From Camelus dromedarius (Eukaryota): DNA of 64,000 nt. The notes beneath the pieces are model-generated. The model was given only the letters and a program-made list of their open reading frames with translations. It made no database searches and was not told where the DNA came from. This document shows, piece by piece, positions 1 to 13,190 of this stretch (position 1 is its first letter; each line of letters begins with the position of its first letter). The stretch is taken from assembly GCF_036321535.1 (NCBI RefSeq), contig NC_087436.1:56856001-56920000 (forward strand), written 5' to 3'. The position numbers were made by a program, and so were the translations under genes.

Positions 1-269
1 AATACATTTTTATAGTGTTCAGTTACTTGTGAATCAGCTTATACTTTTATAAACAAGCAAACAAACACACACACCCTTTTTTAACAGAATCTAACTTCTG
101 TTAACCCTCCAGGTGTGTTATAATTAGTATGGGCTTCTCAATTACCTTAAATTATTTTAACCAAGCGCCTTCTCATTCCTGACCAACATGTATTATACCT
201 AGTATATGTATTATATGTCACTTCAAGTTTGAGGGCAACACCTGTGCTATAGCTTTTCCTTAAATTAAT

Positions 270-745
270 TTATTCCATTAATTTACTAATTAATTACACA
301 AATATTTGTTGAGCCCCTAACATAGCAGACTCTGCCACAGGAGGTGGGGCAACAGTAATGAATAATACAGACAAGAATCCCTATCTTGAAGGTGCTTACA
401 TTCTATTTGGAAGAGGCGGACTAAAAACAAACAAGCAAAGTATGTCACATGGTAATGAGTGCAGTGGAGTATAATAAAGCAAACAGGGGCAAGGATACAT
501 TATTTTATATAAAGGAGTCAGAGAAAGCCTCTAAAAGATGAGAGCTGAGCAGAGACTTGAAGTAGAACATTCCAGGCAGACCAAATAGCAAGTGTGAAGT
601 CTTGGAGGCAAGAATGTTCCAGTGGGGCTAGAATGGGACTGAAAGCTGGGAGGACAATGAGAGATGAAGCCGGAGAGCTAACTGGGAGCCAGAGCATATA
701 AGCTACTTCATGCCACTATCAGGACCTTGTCTTTCACTCCTCTAA
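270..745 (-). mobile_element. LINE L2 3' fragment (ancient)
   Basis: Antisense L2 3' end pattern (CAAATATTTGTTGAG...CTTACATTCTA...CATTCCAGGCAGA); boundaries approximate. Confidence 0.7.
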
Positions 746-2289
746 TTGGGACAGAAATGTATTCCTAAACACAGTACTTCATTTTGTAAGAAAGTTAAAT
801 CAAATTAAAGAAGAGTAAATCTAAATACAGCGTCGAACAATAAATTAGCCCATACATATGTATAAACTGTATGAGCCTACTTACTATAAAGGGGAAGAGA
901 TGGACTAAAAATTGCCCCAAATCTTAAATATACCAAGACAAACAATACAAATGGAAAACAGCGGAATATCTTATTTGTTCTTGAAACATCCAAAGTATAA
1001 GATAATTCTGTTTGAGGTTCACTCTTACATGCTCTCTGTCCTACGCTAATACTGGAGGCACAATTTTGCCTCTAATTTCTTTCAGATACATCTTTCTATT
1101 CTTGTCTAGGCTAAACACATTAAGTTGCAAACTTTTTTGGTAAAGTGGGTATTTTTAGGTATTTCAATAAAATTCAAGGGGACAGGCATTCCAACATTTA
1201 GCACAGCCTTATTAGGAAAGCAAAGTCAGTCTGCTGTCTTGTGAAAAGCACAGAAATGAAAACTTCTCATTCTTTATAGTCTAAACTTAGGTTTTTCCAT
1301 TCATTTAACACTTAAAAATAATTTGAGGGTGGGTTTGAGTTTTTTAAAAAAATCTAGTGGTACTCAGAGTCTAGGAATTCAAAAGTTAATGATCAAATGT
1401 GACTATTTTAGCCACAGATAAGCCAGGTTTATCCCTGTTTAATAACTTTAAGATGAGCCATAAAGTTCATTTATCAGTTCAGAAGTAGAATCTTGTCCAA
1501 CATCCTCATCACTGAATCTTATTAAATTAGTTCAAAGTATTCTATATGATAATAACATCTAAATATGAAAAAGAAAAATTTTAAACCAGTAAGTATTCAA
1601 GTATTTATTCATTTTTTTAAAGTTCTTACATTATTTGTGATTAACCACATTTACACTATCATAGAGGAAGGACTGAAACATATTCAACTGTTTCTTTTAT
1701 TTATTGAGAAACATTATTTCTGTTTACAGAAACTAAAACTTATTTATAAAAAGACGGTATTGCTTTTATTTCTGACTGATAATTTAATTAATTTATTTGT
1801 AAAATTTAAGCTATGTTAGAAATCCAAAGCTTCCCAAGGTTTTTTTTGTAAACAAAGAAACAATATAAAACATTATAAATTATGTTCTCTAATACCTCTG
1901 TCATTACAGAAAAGAAAATCTGAAACTGTAGCAAATTAGAAATGCATTCTGCCTATTTTACCAAAAGGTAAGCATATTATCCTAAGAGAATTAGTTCCCT
2001 CCACTGTGGTGTGAATCTAATATTTAGAAGATGACCCTAGAATAAGCGCTTCTTAACAGTACACAACTTGAAACCATGCACATTCACAACATCCAAATTG
2101 GTCTGTATCTTTCAATGGGACAAATCCGCTGATCAAAAGCTTAAAAACCATGGCAATGTCAAATTGCTACGAAAATTTCTAAATGCCTATCCCAAGTTTC
2201 TGTACCTATCTCATGACAGACCAGGAACCAACAGTCCAAAATGGCACCAGTGTCCAGAGGCTGCAAACTGAGGAGCACTGACATAGACC

Positions 2290-2519
2290 ACTGTTCTCAA
2301 ACTTTTCATCACAATACACTGTCAGAAATACATTTTATAACATGACCTGCATGATACAAATATGAACCAATAAAAACACATATTTTCACATGCAATCCAT
2401 TATAATACAGTCTGTTCTAGTCTATATTATTTATAAAACAAAAAAAGGAGGGTTAGGGAAGACGCTGGTCCTGACTCAGTAAACTGAATGCATAATAAGC
2501 TTCAGCTTGATAAACACTA
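2290..2519. mobile_element. Degraded hAT/Charlie-type MITE
   Basis: Ends resemble hAT TIRs (CACTGTTCTCAAACTT... / ...TTGATAAACACT). Confidence 0.4.
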
Positions 2520-3349
2520 ATCTTGACTCAAGGGCAGAGAACTCAGAAGAGTTTGGAAGCTTGAGAGGTCATATAATAAACATGACATTTGCCTAACAGT
2601 GGTCACACACACACAAAAAATGTTCATTGAACTGAAATAGCCCATTCACAAAATATTAAGCTAGTTCTGACTTGTGAAAAAAGTACTGCACTCAATAATA
2701 TCCTCAAAGGCACAAAATAAACAGGCCTAGCAACAACAATAATTAACACAAGTTTCTGGCTAGGACATGCCTGTAAAGCTCTATCTCACCAAATTTGCTT
2801 TTGACAGAATTATAATCACTGAGAACAGAAGTGCTGACCATAAGTTACTATATGTACTGCTCCAACAACGACACCCTCTAGTAAGTCCTTATTTGAAAAT
2901 GTATAAACATCAGAGAAGCCAAATACTAACACTTAACTCTTAAGAGATAACCTGAAATGTATTCGATTCTTCAGTGAGAGAAAAACATTCTCTAATCTGA
3001 TATTTCCCTGACGCTAGCACTAAGCATCCCTTAAAAAAATCTCTAGAGAATACAAACAGGAGATTCCTGTCATTTACTTCCCCTTTTCAAAGAGTCACAG
3101 AAGGACCTGAGATCTCACGAAAGAATAGAACCAGTTCATAAACAAGCCACAATGTGCGCTAAACAGTGATCTTAAAAAAAAAACAACAAAAAAAACTATT
3201 TACAATAAATGAAAAAGCACTTATGTAACTTTGAAAACAAAGTTCCTGATTCCTTTCAAGATAACAATGATTCTTTTCTTCCATAGCTATTCTGATACTT
3301 AACTCTTTTGGCTGCTTTTCTAAAATGTTCTTGCCGAATACCAACCACG

Positions 3350-3505
3350 AGCTTTTAATTAAAAGGACTTTCCCTTAATTAGACTTGTCTAACTGGAAAG
3401 GGCTGTCCAGTGGAGAGGTTCACGTAGGATCTGTAATGCTGTTGCAGGGATCCTTTCATAGGAGAAAGTGAGACCAACTGGCCACAAGGACCCTTCAAGC
3501 TCAGG
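3350..3505 (+). mobile_element. CR1/L3-like 3' fragment
   Basis: Degenerate similarity to the recalled L3 3' end (...GGACCCTTCAAGCTC). Confidence 0.35.
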
Positions 3506-3815
3506 TGAATACGAACACCTCTATAATATAGCCTATATCATACAGTGTTAACTTTTTCTTTCTGAAAACCTGTCTGTATTAGCTAATTCTTTTATTTCTC
3601 TTAGGTATGTATGACTTATGACAAGGTGTAAGAGACTCAGGACAAACTGGCAAATAAACCCGATACTAACGCTGGCTTCAAAGACAAGAAAACCACAGGT
3701 AAATTTTAAAACTTCACCTAAGTCTTAGCCTGGTGACTTTGATAAGCAGTGTAGCCCCTAGAATGTCCAGTATCTCACAGAGCTGAGAAGCAGATTACCC
3801 AGATTCTAATCCTAG

Positions 3816-4437
3816 TGTAGCAGATAGGATAGGGAGTCCCTGGAGAAAGGGAACCAGGAATGGCTTTCTTGACATAAGAGAAGCCACTTTTTGGCTTAAG
3901 CCACTTTGTGATGTAAGCCTGGCCACAATGCTTGTCTTTGAATGGATCCCAGTAATTAATGATCTTAAAGGAAGTGAAGGAATGCAGGAACAAAAGAAAA
4001 GCAGTCAACAAATAAAATAGAGTCCTAGTTCCTCCTCAAGGGATAGACATAATAATCTGATACATATCATTGGTTCTGCAGGAATGAAGGTGGAGGATGA
4101 TAACTACATGCTGAGACCCCAGACTGGTCAGAACCTAAGGAATGATGATGTTGACCTTATCTGTTTCTCATGACTTAAATCAACTAAAGCTTGGCCTCTG
4201 TCAACCGCTGCCTCAATTCTATGTTGAATTCTCTTCTGTTCATCCCCTCATGAATATGCATGTGCCCTTAGCTTGAAAGGTCCTAATTTTGCTGTTCAGG
4301 GAGACACTGCTTTGGGAAAGATCCCCGGTATTCTCTTCACTTGCTGCAAGTAATAAATCCTTTCTTCTGATCTTTGGCCTGGTTGTGTCTTTTGGCTCAA
4401 CATCCACCAAGAGGCAAACCCAGTTTTCAAGTTAACA
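3816..4437 (+). mobile_element. Solo LTR, ERV1 class, 622 bp
   Basis: TG...CA termini (TGTAG...TAACA); exact 4-bp TSD CTAG at 3812-3815 and 4438-4441; AATAAA at 4352-4357; interrupts a MIR. Confidence 0.85.
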
Positions 4438-4441
4438 CTAG

Positions 4442-4648
4442 TTCCTCCATTTACTAGTTGTTCAACTTAGGACAAGCTACTTAAGCACTCTCTCCCAGTT
4501 TATTCACATGTAAGATAATAATAACAACAATGCTTATCTATCTTGTAGGGTTATTGTGAAAACTAAAGGAAAAAATGTAAGGTGCTTAGAATAGTGCTTG
4601 CCACGTAAATACACACTATTAAAGTGTCAGCTATGATATTTATCATTC
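4442..4648 (+). mobile_element. MIR SINE core and 3' part (5' part at about 3775-3815, split by the LTR)
   Basis: MIR-like CCATTTACTAGTTG...GGACAAGCTACTTAA...GGGTTATTGTGA...GGTGCTTAGAATAGTGCTTG. Confidence 0.75.
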
Positions 4649-7019
4649 TCCATGGCATGAAAACTGAACATAAATGGCAGTTATAATCTCCCAGGCTCAA
4701 GGCTTTTCTAAGTTAGACAAGCCTAACATTAAACACGATATAGTTTTGTAAAAGCCACTTCACTGGTCCATTTCAGAAAACATCAGTTCTTGGCTACCAT
4801 AATAATGGAGTTTTGGGGGAGTATCAGCCACAATAGGAAATGGGAGAGGCAACCCAGTTACAAATCATCCATAATACACAGAGTCACTGCTAAATCCCCA
4901 GAGCAAAACTAAGGTCTACTTGTTTTCTGAACAGTTCTTTCAACTAACAATAATGCAGGGCTTGGTGATGGCAACATTTGTTTATGAAAAGTTAGACGGA
5001 GGAAAAGGTGAGGTCAATGACTCTTCTTTTCTGAATTCCCCTCTGGCACTTCCCTGAATCCAATGTGCAAGGACAACAACCAGGCTCACATGGCAGGCAG
5101 GCAATCACGCGCACCTGCCTGCAGAGGTAATGTATGGGGGACAGTGTGGGCCTTGGATGCCTCTGAAACCATCACAGTGATTGGCAATGGAGTCTGAAGA
5201 GATAAGAAACTATCACAGACTGGTTAGAGAACAAGCTCTATTCCCAATCCCCATGAAGAAATCCAGCATATTAAACTTTCTCCAAAAGTGCTTCCAAGTC
5301 CTGAAGTTCTATGAACTTCTATGATGACACAAATACCAAAGCCAAAAATACGCACGTTACGTTATATCCAACAATCTTTCCTTCTCTTTCATTTACATCA
5401 ATGGTTATAACCCAAAGGCCCAGTCATACACGGCAATAAAATACAAAAATTACAGATCAGAGTTAGCAGCTATATTCATGGGCCACACCCAAGGCTGTGG
5501 AAGAGCTGCATACCTCAACTAATGTTGGGATCCATATTTAAGGAAGTAAAACTTGCATTATAATTTTTGTTCCCGTTTTGACATGCAGAACATCTAAGAG
5601 TTTGGCTTTCACACATGGCCTTGTTTTCAGCTGTCTGTCACATAAAAGTGCAATGTAGCATCTCACTGATCTCCTGTTTTCTAGGGGAATCTACCCTACA
5701 GCAAACACTGGCAGAGGCTCATGCTTTGGTGCTGCTCCTATGCAAACAAGATGCGGCATGACTCCCTGTGCTTCTTGTTGAATTATGTGTCTTAAGTTAG
5801 TTCTGAAGAAAGAGGCTAGCAGTTAAATGTGCTAGAATACTGATGGGTATGGTTGTAAGAAACCAGTTACTCAGAAGGAACATTTGTAGAGGTAGAGCAG
5901 ACTTATGAAAATAGCACTAGATAGGAGGTTCAGCTGAGATAATTATAAACTTCATTTCAGAATCATCAAAAATATTTGTTGAATCCCAGATATTTGTATA
6001 CCCTATGTTCGATAAAGTTGGATACTCAGGCCAGTTTCTGAAAATTGACAAAATTCTCAGTAAAGGCTTGAGAAATCAAACAAACACATAGATCTTAACA
6101 GGTCATCTAGACTGACTTTTCATAATATCGTCATCAAAATCACGTCATCACATAACATTGTAAAATGACTATAACTCAATAAAATATAAAAAATAAAAAT
6201 AAGTACAGATTTTAAAAAATCACATCATCAGAATCACAGAAAAAATCATTATTGTTTACAGGCTTCCTGATAGATAAACAGTAACTTAGTCAATGTCAAA
6301 CTATCACAATTTCCTACTAGTCTAATCAAAATTCCTCATTCTATACTATAAATTCACTTAGTTCACCAACAATACTGAGCATAAATATCTATACATATAC
6401 TCAAATATCACTGCTATAGATGAAATGCTTTAGACAAAAAAAATTATCATAACTACTTGGGAGAGGAAACCCAACATATGGTATTATTAAAAACATTCCT
6501 CAAGATCAATATCCACTTACATAAACTAATTCTCATTAAATTTTTTACTATCAAAAAAGACTCTGACAGTTTATTTTATAGAAAAATAAAATAGAGAACT
6601 AATTTATTTATGGTCTCACCTAGAATAAAAGCAAAGCAGCAAATCAAAACTGAAAGTCCAAATTTTTATTCCCAAATTAGGTTAGTAATGTAATCCTTGG
6701 TTATACGTGAATGTGTTACAAGGTCTAATATGTAAACAAATAAAAGTACAGCTTCTCTAGTTGAATTACAAGTACAAGCAGAAAAATCGGAAAGCATTCC
6801 ACTGGCCTCCTGGTACCATTGTCATAGGATAGAGTTGGATACAAAGGAATCCTTTTATATAGAGACAGGAAAACCTAAGTTGAGAAAGAATAGGTTGACA
6901 ACTATTTCATTTCTCTTTCTACTATACTTGAAATCTTAGCCTTGTCTATGCCTGTTTTCTCATTTGAGAAGTGGGTATAATAATTCCTACTCATCTATCT
7001 CACCATTACAAAAGAGAGC

Positions 7020-7250
7020 ATAATATCAAGAAAATTAAAAGCATGAATTTTATTTGCAGCCAAGCAAGACTTAGTATCTTCACAACAGTAAGTTAGTTCA
7101 AGTTAATTAACTTCTCAGAATTAGTTTCCTCATCTGTAAAAAAGGTCACCATTTATCTCACAGGGTTGTTCTGTAATGGGGTAATGATGATGTAATACAT
7201 GTAAATTAACTAGCCCTATACCTATATCTTGTAGTCAACATATAAAATAG
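7020..7250 (+). mobile_element. MIR SINE
   Basis: Core TTAGTTTCCTCATCTGTAAAA...ATCTCACAGGGTTGTT. Confidence 0.65.
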
Positions 7251-7649
7251 CCTACAATTTATACGGCATTTCCTGTATTTATAAAATGAATCTACTTAAC
7301 ATTATAATCATCATTTGGTGCTTTCACAGGCAAACAGTATAAGCAGTCTATCTCACTACTCCAGCACTGCAGCAATGGTGGAAATAAAAGATTCGACTGA
7401 AAAAGTTTACATACGAAAGATAAAGTTGAAAGAAGAAGGATTCTTCACACTAGTATTTAATTCTACTAGGCCACAACTATCTCCTAATGAGATACATTTG
7501 ACAAATTTACATACATTGAAGACTATATATAATATGGCATGTTACCGAGGCAATTAATATATATTATGATAATAAGGTTTTTTACATGACAAAATCTGCT
7601 TATAAATTTGATAACACTATACTCTTCCTTGAAACTGTTTTTGTATTCT

Positions 7650-7717
7650 CTGAATCACCATGCTGTATACCCAAAACTAATATAATACTGTAAATCAACT
7701 ATACCTCAAATTAAAAA
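7650..7717 (+). mobile_element. Very short L1 3' tail
   Basis: ...ATACTGTAAATCAACTATACCTCAAATTAAAAA, flanked by degenerate direct repeats GAAACTGTTTTTGTAT (7631-7646) and GAAACTGTGTTCTTAT (7718-7733). Confidence 0.65.
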
Positions 7718-7877
7718 GAAACTGTGTTCTTATACTATATGCATTTGTCAAAATTAAAATTAAATTACTATATTATTATATGTTGACTATCTCCTTTATT
7801 AGCTTGTGTAGTAGATTCAGGATGAGAGGTACCCTGCCTATTTTGTTCACCTCTATATCCCTGAAGTATGTGTCGAA

Positions 7878-7882
7878 AGAGA

Positions 7883-7960
<78 letters not shown>
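7878..7960. repeat. (GA)n microsatellite, about 83 bp, two interruptions
   Basis: Directly visible. Confidence 0.97.
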
Positions 7961-7963
<3 letters not shown>

Positions 7964-10900
7964 TGTATAGTCAGATTAGAAGAGCATATACCAAAATATG
8001 TTTGTCATCTCTGGATGACACATGAGTTTCTTATTTTCTGTATCTTCCAAATGTTCTTCAGTAAAGGTGTAACTGTTTTCCAAGTAGAAAGAAGTCACTA
8101 AATATTTTCTTAAAAGTGCTTAAAGATGAGAACAAGGAACATAATAGCATTAAGTCAAAAGCCTCGCAAACACAAATGATTTTGTAATCTCTTGATGGAA
8201 GATGGCCTCTAAAAGGGATTATGGCATGTATTCACAAAAATGGACACAGAAAAGCAATGAACTAGCTCTAAGTAGTAAAATGATGAAAACTCTATAAAGA
8301 CAATTAAAAAACGAGAAGTCCAACAACAAACGGAAAGATGAATGTCTGATTCCCAGCAAAGACAATGTGATAGCAGACATTATCTGTGCCGATAACACTG
8401 TGGAACAATATCAATAAATAATATACGAAGAATGTGGAAAAAGAGTATTGTTACAAAATGTGTTTTTAGAAAATACTTTCACATCTCCCACAAGCTTATG
8501 CAATCTATTCATCCTCCAATGCCATATCTATATGTCTTCTCTGAAATGCTGAATTTCTCTCTCCATATGTATAGACATGAAAAGCCTGCAATCTGGCAAG
8601 GAGAGCTGGGTTCCAGGATCATGGGCTCAGCACACTAAGCTCATGTACAGAGTGAGGGGGGCTGTGGCTCACACACTCCATTAGGGCCCACAATACATTG
8701 AAGTGCTCTCTGTGAGACACTGTCAATCTTCTTACTGAATTCTGATACACTGAATTATCCCAAACTTTGGCTCAGCACTGAGTGTTTGTATTGTCCTAAG
8801 AATGAAAAGACTGAATACAGATTTTAAAAATTTACTGTTAAATAATCCTCCCAAATGATGATATTAACAAGAAAGGTTGCAGGAGAAGTGGGGCTATAAG
8901 TAAGGTAAAATCTCACTTACCAAAAGAAGTCAGTGATTAACAACTAAAACTGATGAACTGAGGCTTAGCAAATGACTATTATTTAAGAATACAAAGGTAA
9001 ATACCAGGGGAAATAACTGGTTGCCTGTGATGGAAGATACCAGGTAAATGGAGGTGCAAAAAAAGGGATGGCTGGGGAGTTTTTTTTAAATAAGCCTTTT
9101 AATTTCCTATACTAGTTGCATAAGATATTTTGATACAAATAAAGTTAACTTTTAAGAAGTATATTTGATGATCCAAAGTGTAAAATAAGGTAGAAACATT
9201 AGGAATATAATATAGGAGAGAATTTATGCCTAATAATTTCAAATACCATATAAGAAAATTAGATTTACTAAGAAAACAAAGGAGACCCGTATCTACAAAA
9301 CATACAGATCTTCTCAACATTTCTAGCCCCTTCCCTTCTGCTCCAGAAGCACTAATCAAACCAGACGACCTAGCTACCCGATCTTGCCCTGCTCTTTCCA
9401 GGCTCTATGACCACGTCACAGAGGTGCCTGATGTTTACCTAATGTGCCTTTTTTTCTACTGCCACCGTATGAAACTACATCAATCATTTTTTAGCCAATA
9501 TCAAATACCACTATTTTATGAAGCAAAATCTTAGGGGAAAAACCTTTCCCTTCTCTATATTCTCTCATATATATACATATATATATGTACGTGTGTGTGA
9601 GTGTGTGTGTATCTCATGGAAAATTTCTTTTTTTAACTTAAATAATACTGGTATACATTAAAATGAGATTTTACCATGAGTAAACTTTGCTATGTTTGAG
9701 ATTTTTATATCTATTTCACTCAGTCAACAAATGCTCTATTGAGGTCACAGAATGCATAATCAGAAGTTAATTTTAATACTGTCTTTTTAAGTACTCCTAT
9801 TTAAAAGATATTTACAGTTAGAATTTGGTCTGTTCTCATTTTTATTTTAAAAAGACTATATTTAAGATATAATACATTTCACAAAATAAGTTTTAAAATA
9901 TCTTTTAACAATATTTTCATTTTCTCCCAATTTTTTCCAACCACAAGAATCTTGCCCACATTTCTTTAAACAAATCTCTCAGCCACTCAACCTGACAACT
10001 TGTGGATATTTTAAAATTACACTATAGTATATATTACACTGTCAAACAGTTGTCACTAAATGGAATATATGACTTATAAAGGAGACAGAGTGCCTCAGAT
10101 TCTGAAAATAGTTAACTGTGATGATATATGAAAAAACAATCATCAAAGTGCATCTTACAACAGCGGTCAACACACGTCTGTGTCCACAGGTCAACTTAGC
10201 TAGAAAAGTACACTCTTGTTAGCTAATGGGTAGCTACTGAGAAGTGATAAAGCAAGCTTTAAACTCACTAGGCAGAGCCAAAAATCTTATCTTAAGCAAA
10301 CTTTACTATACAATATCTTCGCCTATTTAACATAAAAGAAATAATCCGTTCATACATAGGCAAAAAGTCAGTCAATCCTTCTGCAGAGAATGAGTGTCAT
10401 TTCCTAAAGCAAAAAGAAAGGAAGCTTCTTCCACTCCTCCATTTCCTCTTAGAGAACAACTTACACATTCATATAAGAATACAAAAGAACAACTTGTATA
10501 TTCAGCTGCAGAGGAAGACCTTTCCCTCTGAGCTGCCCAGTATATGACACATAGTGAGAGACCTCAGTTGTTTTCAGTTTTTCCTTTATTCCTATATACA
10601 CTGGACAGAAAGGCGAGTTAGGTAAACCATTACGTTGCCTGGATTTAACTCCTCATGTGTATGCATATTTTAGCATCCCTTGTGTATTAGGGCTGTTATG
10701 GGTATTGTAGGAGACATCTCAGAGCTGAAGAAATGAATCCTTCCTTCAAGGATCTTAACATTTATTGGGGGAGATGGAATAAACAAGCAATAAGGAACAG
10801 TGGTTACATACGTGGGCTGTGGAGTAAGAGAGATTTAACTCTAAAATCAAAATCTCTGGGGATGAACCCAGTAAGCCACTCCAAGCTTCCAAGCTTTATA

Positions 10901-12989
10901 AGCTCAAAAAAGTTTCGGGACCTTGATTTTAGAGAATTTAAGGCTTGCTCCTTGATTTACTGCATGCTCATACATTCATTACGATCCAGGTTTAGTATAA
11001 GCAGTTAATGGGGCCCCGTGAAAACAGTAAATCCAGCAGTCTTCACTCAGATTACCAATTTTTCTATCCTTAGCAACCGGCAGAATGATTGGCATAAAAG
11101 AGGTATACAATAAATTTAGTAAAATAAACGCTAATTTATAAACTAAATAGCTTCACTGGGCGGGGCGGGGGGCGGGGGTGGGTGGGTAGGAGCAACGACA
11201 ACTGTGAATTTAACTGAGCCAGAAAATGCTGAGATGACAAGGACCTTTTCCAGCAGAAGCATTAAAATGATTCTGCCGCCTCATATCAACAATTCCACAC
11301 TGCCCTTGGCTTTACATTGTGATATACTGTACAACAATCCTCTCACCTTGTTCTTCAAATTTTCCAAACTCTTCTTGAATGTTTGCTCTTCCATTTGAAT
11401 TTTTAAATAGACATGTTAAGTTCAAGCTTCTATTCTTTTTGTTTGTTCGTTTTGGCATTTCTCGTTCTCTTGGTTCTTTCTCTATTTAATTTTATTCTGA
11501 TAAGGACTTTGACCTCATAGTTCAGGTGCAGTGTATTTTCAAGAAAGTCACACACTATTTTCATGGACTTCTTTCTAGTAATGCTTGTGCAAATAAAATG
11601 TCAAAATACTATGATGGGTAATTTTTAATAAGAGAAATAATAAAAACATCATTAATTATAAATATCAGAACAATTCCCTTTGCCCCTCAAGTAGACAGAA
11701 CTGCTGTTGGACACTGCAGCATTTCAAAGTTAAGTTTTCGAATTCCAAACTTTCAGGGTTCCAAAATTAGACATATATGGAACTGCAAATCATCAAAGCT
11801 TAAGTCAATCTCTAGTGTCTCTGATGGATATTTTGAAGTGGGCCAATGAAGCTAAAAATGCCACTAAAGATAATACACGAAAGTTATTCTGAGAAGTGAT
11901 AAGCTCCAGCCAAAGCCACATTGTTTCCTTCATCTTGCAGTGTGTGACAACAGATAGAGCTTAAAATAATTTTACAAGGACAGCAGCACATGTTAAACAC
12001 TTACTAACAAGTCTTTTAAATTCCTCATCTTCTGTGATTCATTTAGTCTTTACATATCAGAAAGTAACTGAAAGGTTTCTACTAAATAGATAATGCATAA
12101 ATCTTTCTGAAATGTCTTAGTTTTAAATTCAGAAAGTGAGAATAAAATGTATTTTATATAGAAAAATACTTCAGATGCAGTCATAGATTAGACAAAAATA
12201 TTTGTGAGATGTCTTGGATCAATCCTTAGATAAATAAGCAAACTAAGAAAATGTATTCAGATGACAATCCTACTGAATCAATATATATATATATATATTA
12301 CATTATTATATAATTAATATGTGTATATTTGTGTATATGCCGGATGTTGTATCAATGATTTCAACAAGAAGATACATAAACAGAAGCTTTATATTCTGGA
12401 AACCATTCTACAAACATGAGACACTGGTATTACTATCATTTTACTGAAGATTCATGTTGCTGAAGATTTACTGAAGGCTTTTAGAATCATGGTATTCCAG
12501 ACTCCAAGCTTTCTGACCATGCTACGATTTACCAACCTCCATTTTCCTAATAGTTTTAAATAACTTGGCCCAGGGATGTTTAATACTTGTAAAGTAGTTG
12601 GCAAAACACTCCTTTCTTCAATAATAAAGAAGCCACCTCTGACAGCCAGAGCAAGTAAACATGGCTGAGAAAAGTGCTCAATTCACAGTGCCAGAAGACA
12701 GGGTGCTCTACTAGGTTTATAGCTTTCATATGATACTGACTTCAGAGAAGAGAAAAGAACCAGAAAATAGAACAGTGAGTTAAAGTACAATCTAAATTTA
12801 GTACCACGGTGGCACTTTCGCCATAGGGCATTTGCGCTGGCTGTGCATGCTTGGTGTGAAGGAAGGGGTAGGCAGAGACAGGCGACAGGAGGGAGCTAAG
12901 CTGACAGTTATTTAGATTTCAGCAGTCCCTAAGAGCACCAAAATGTCACACTAAAGAGGCATCTGTTTAACTAAGGGTAGGATATGACA

Positions 12990-13190
12990 GAGGGAGAGCC
13001 AGGCTGGGTTCAAAGTACGGAGCTGCCACTGACTAAAGGGGTGACCTCAGGCAAGTTACTTCACCCTTCTGTGCTTTATTTTGCTCAATATCAAGTATTG
13101 AATATCATTTACTGCACAGGAAAGATGCTGTGAGTACTGTATGAGCTAATAGATGTAAGTCATAACAATGATTTAGCTATTATTACTTAT
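12990..13190 (+). mobile_element. MIR SINE
   Basis: CTGGGTTCAAA...CTGCCACTGACT...GTGACCTCAGGCAAGTTACTTCACC. Confidence 0.7.

Noticed and set aside
7780..8101. ORFs with RERERE repeats
   Set aside because: Translation of the (GA)n microsatellite.
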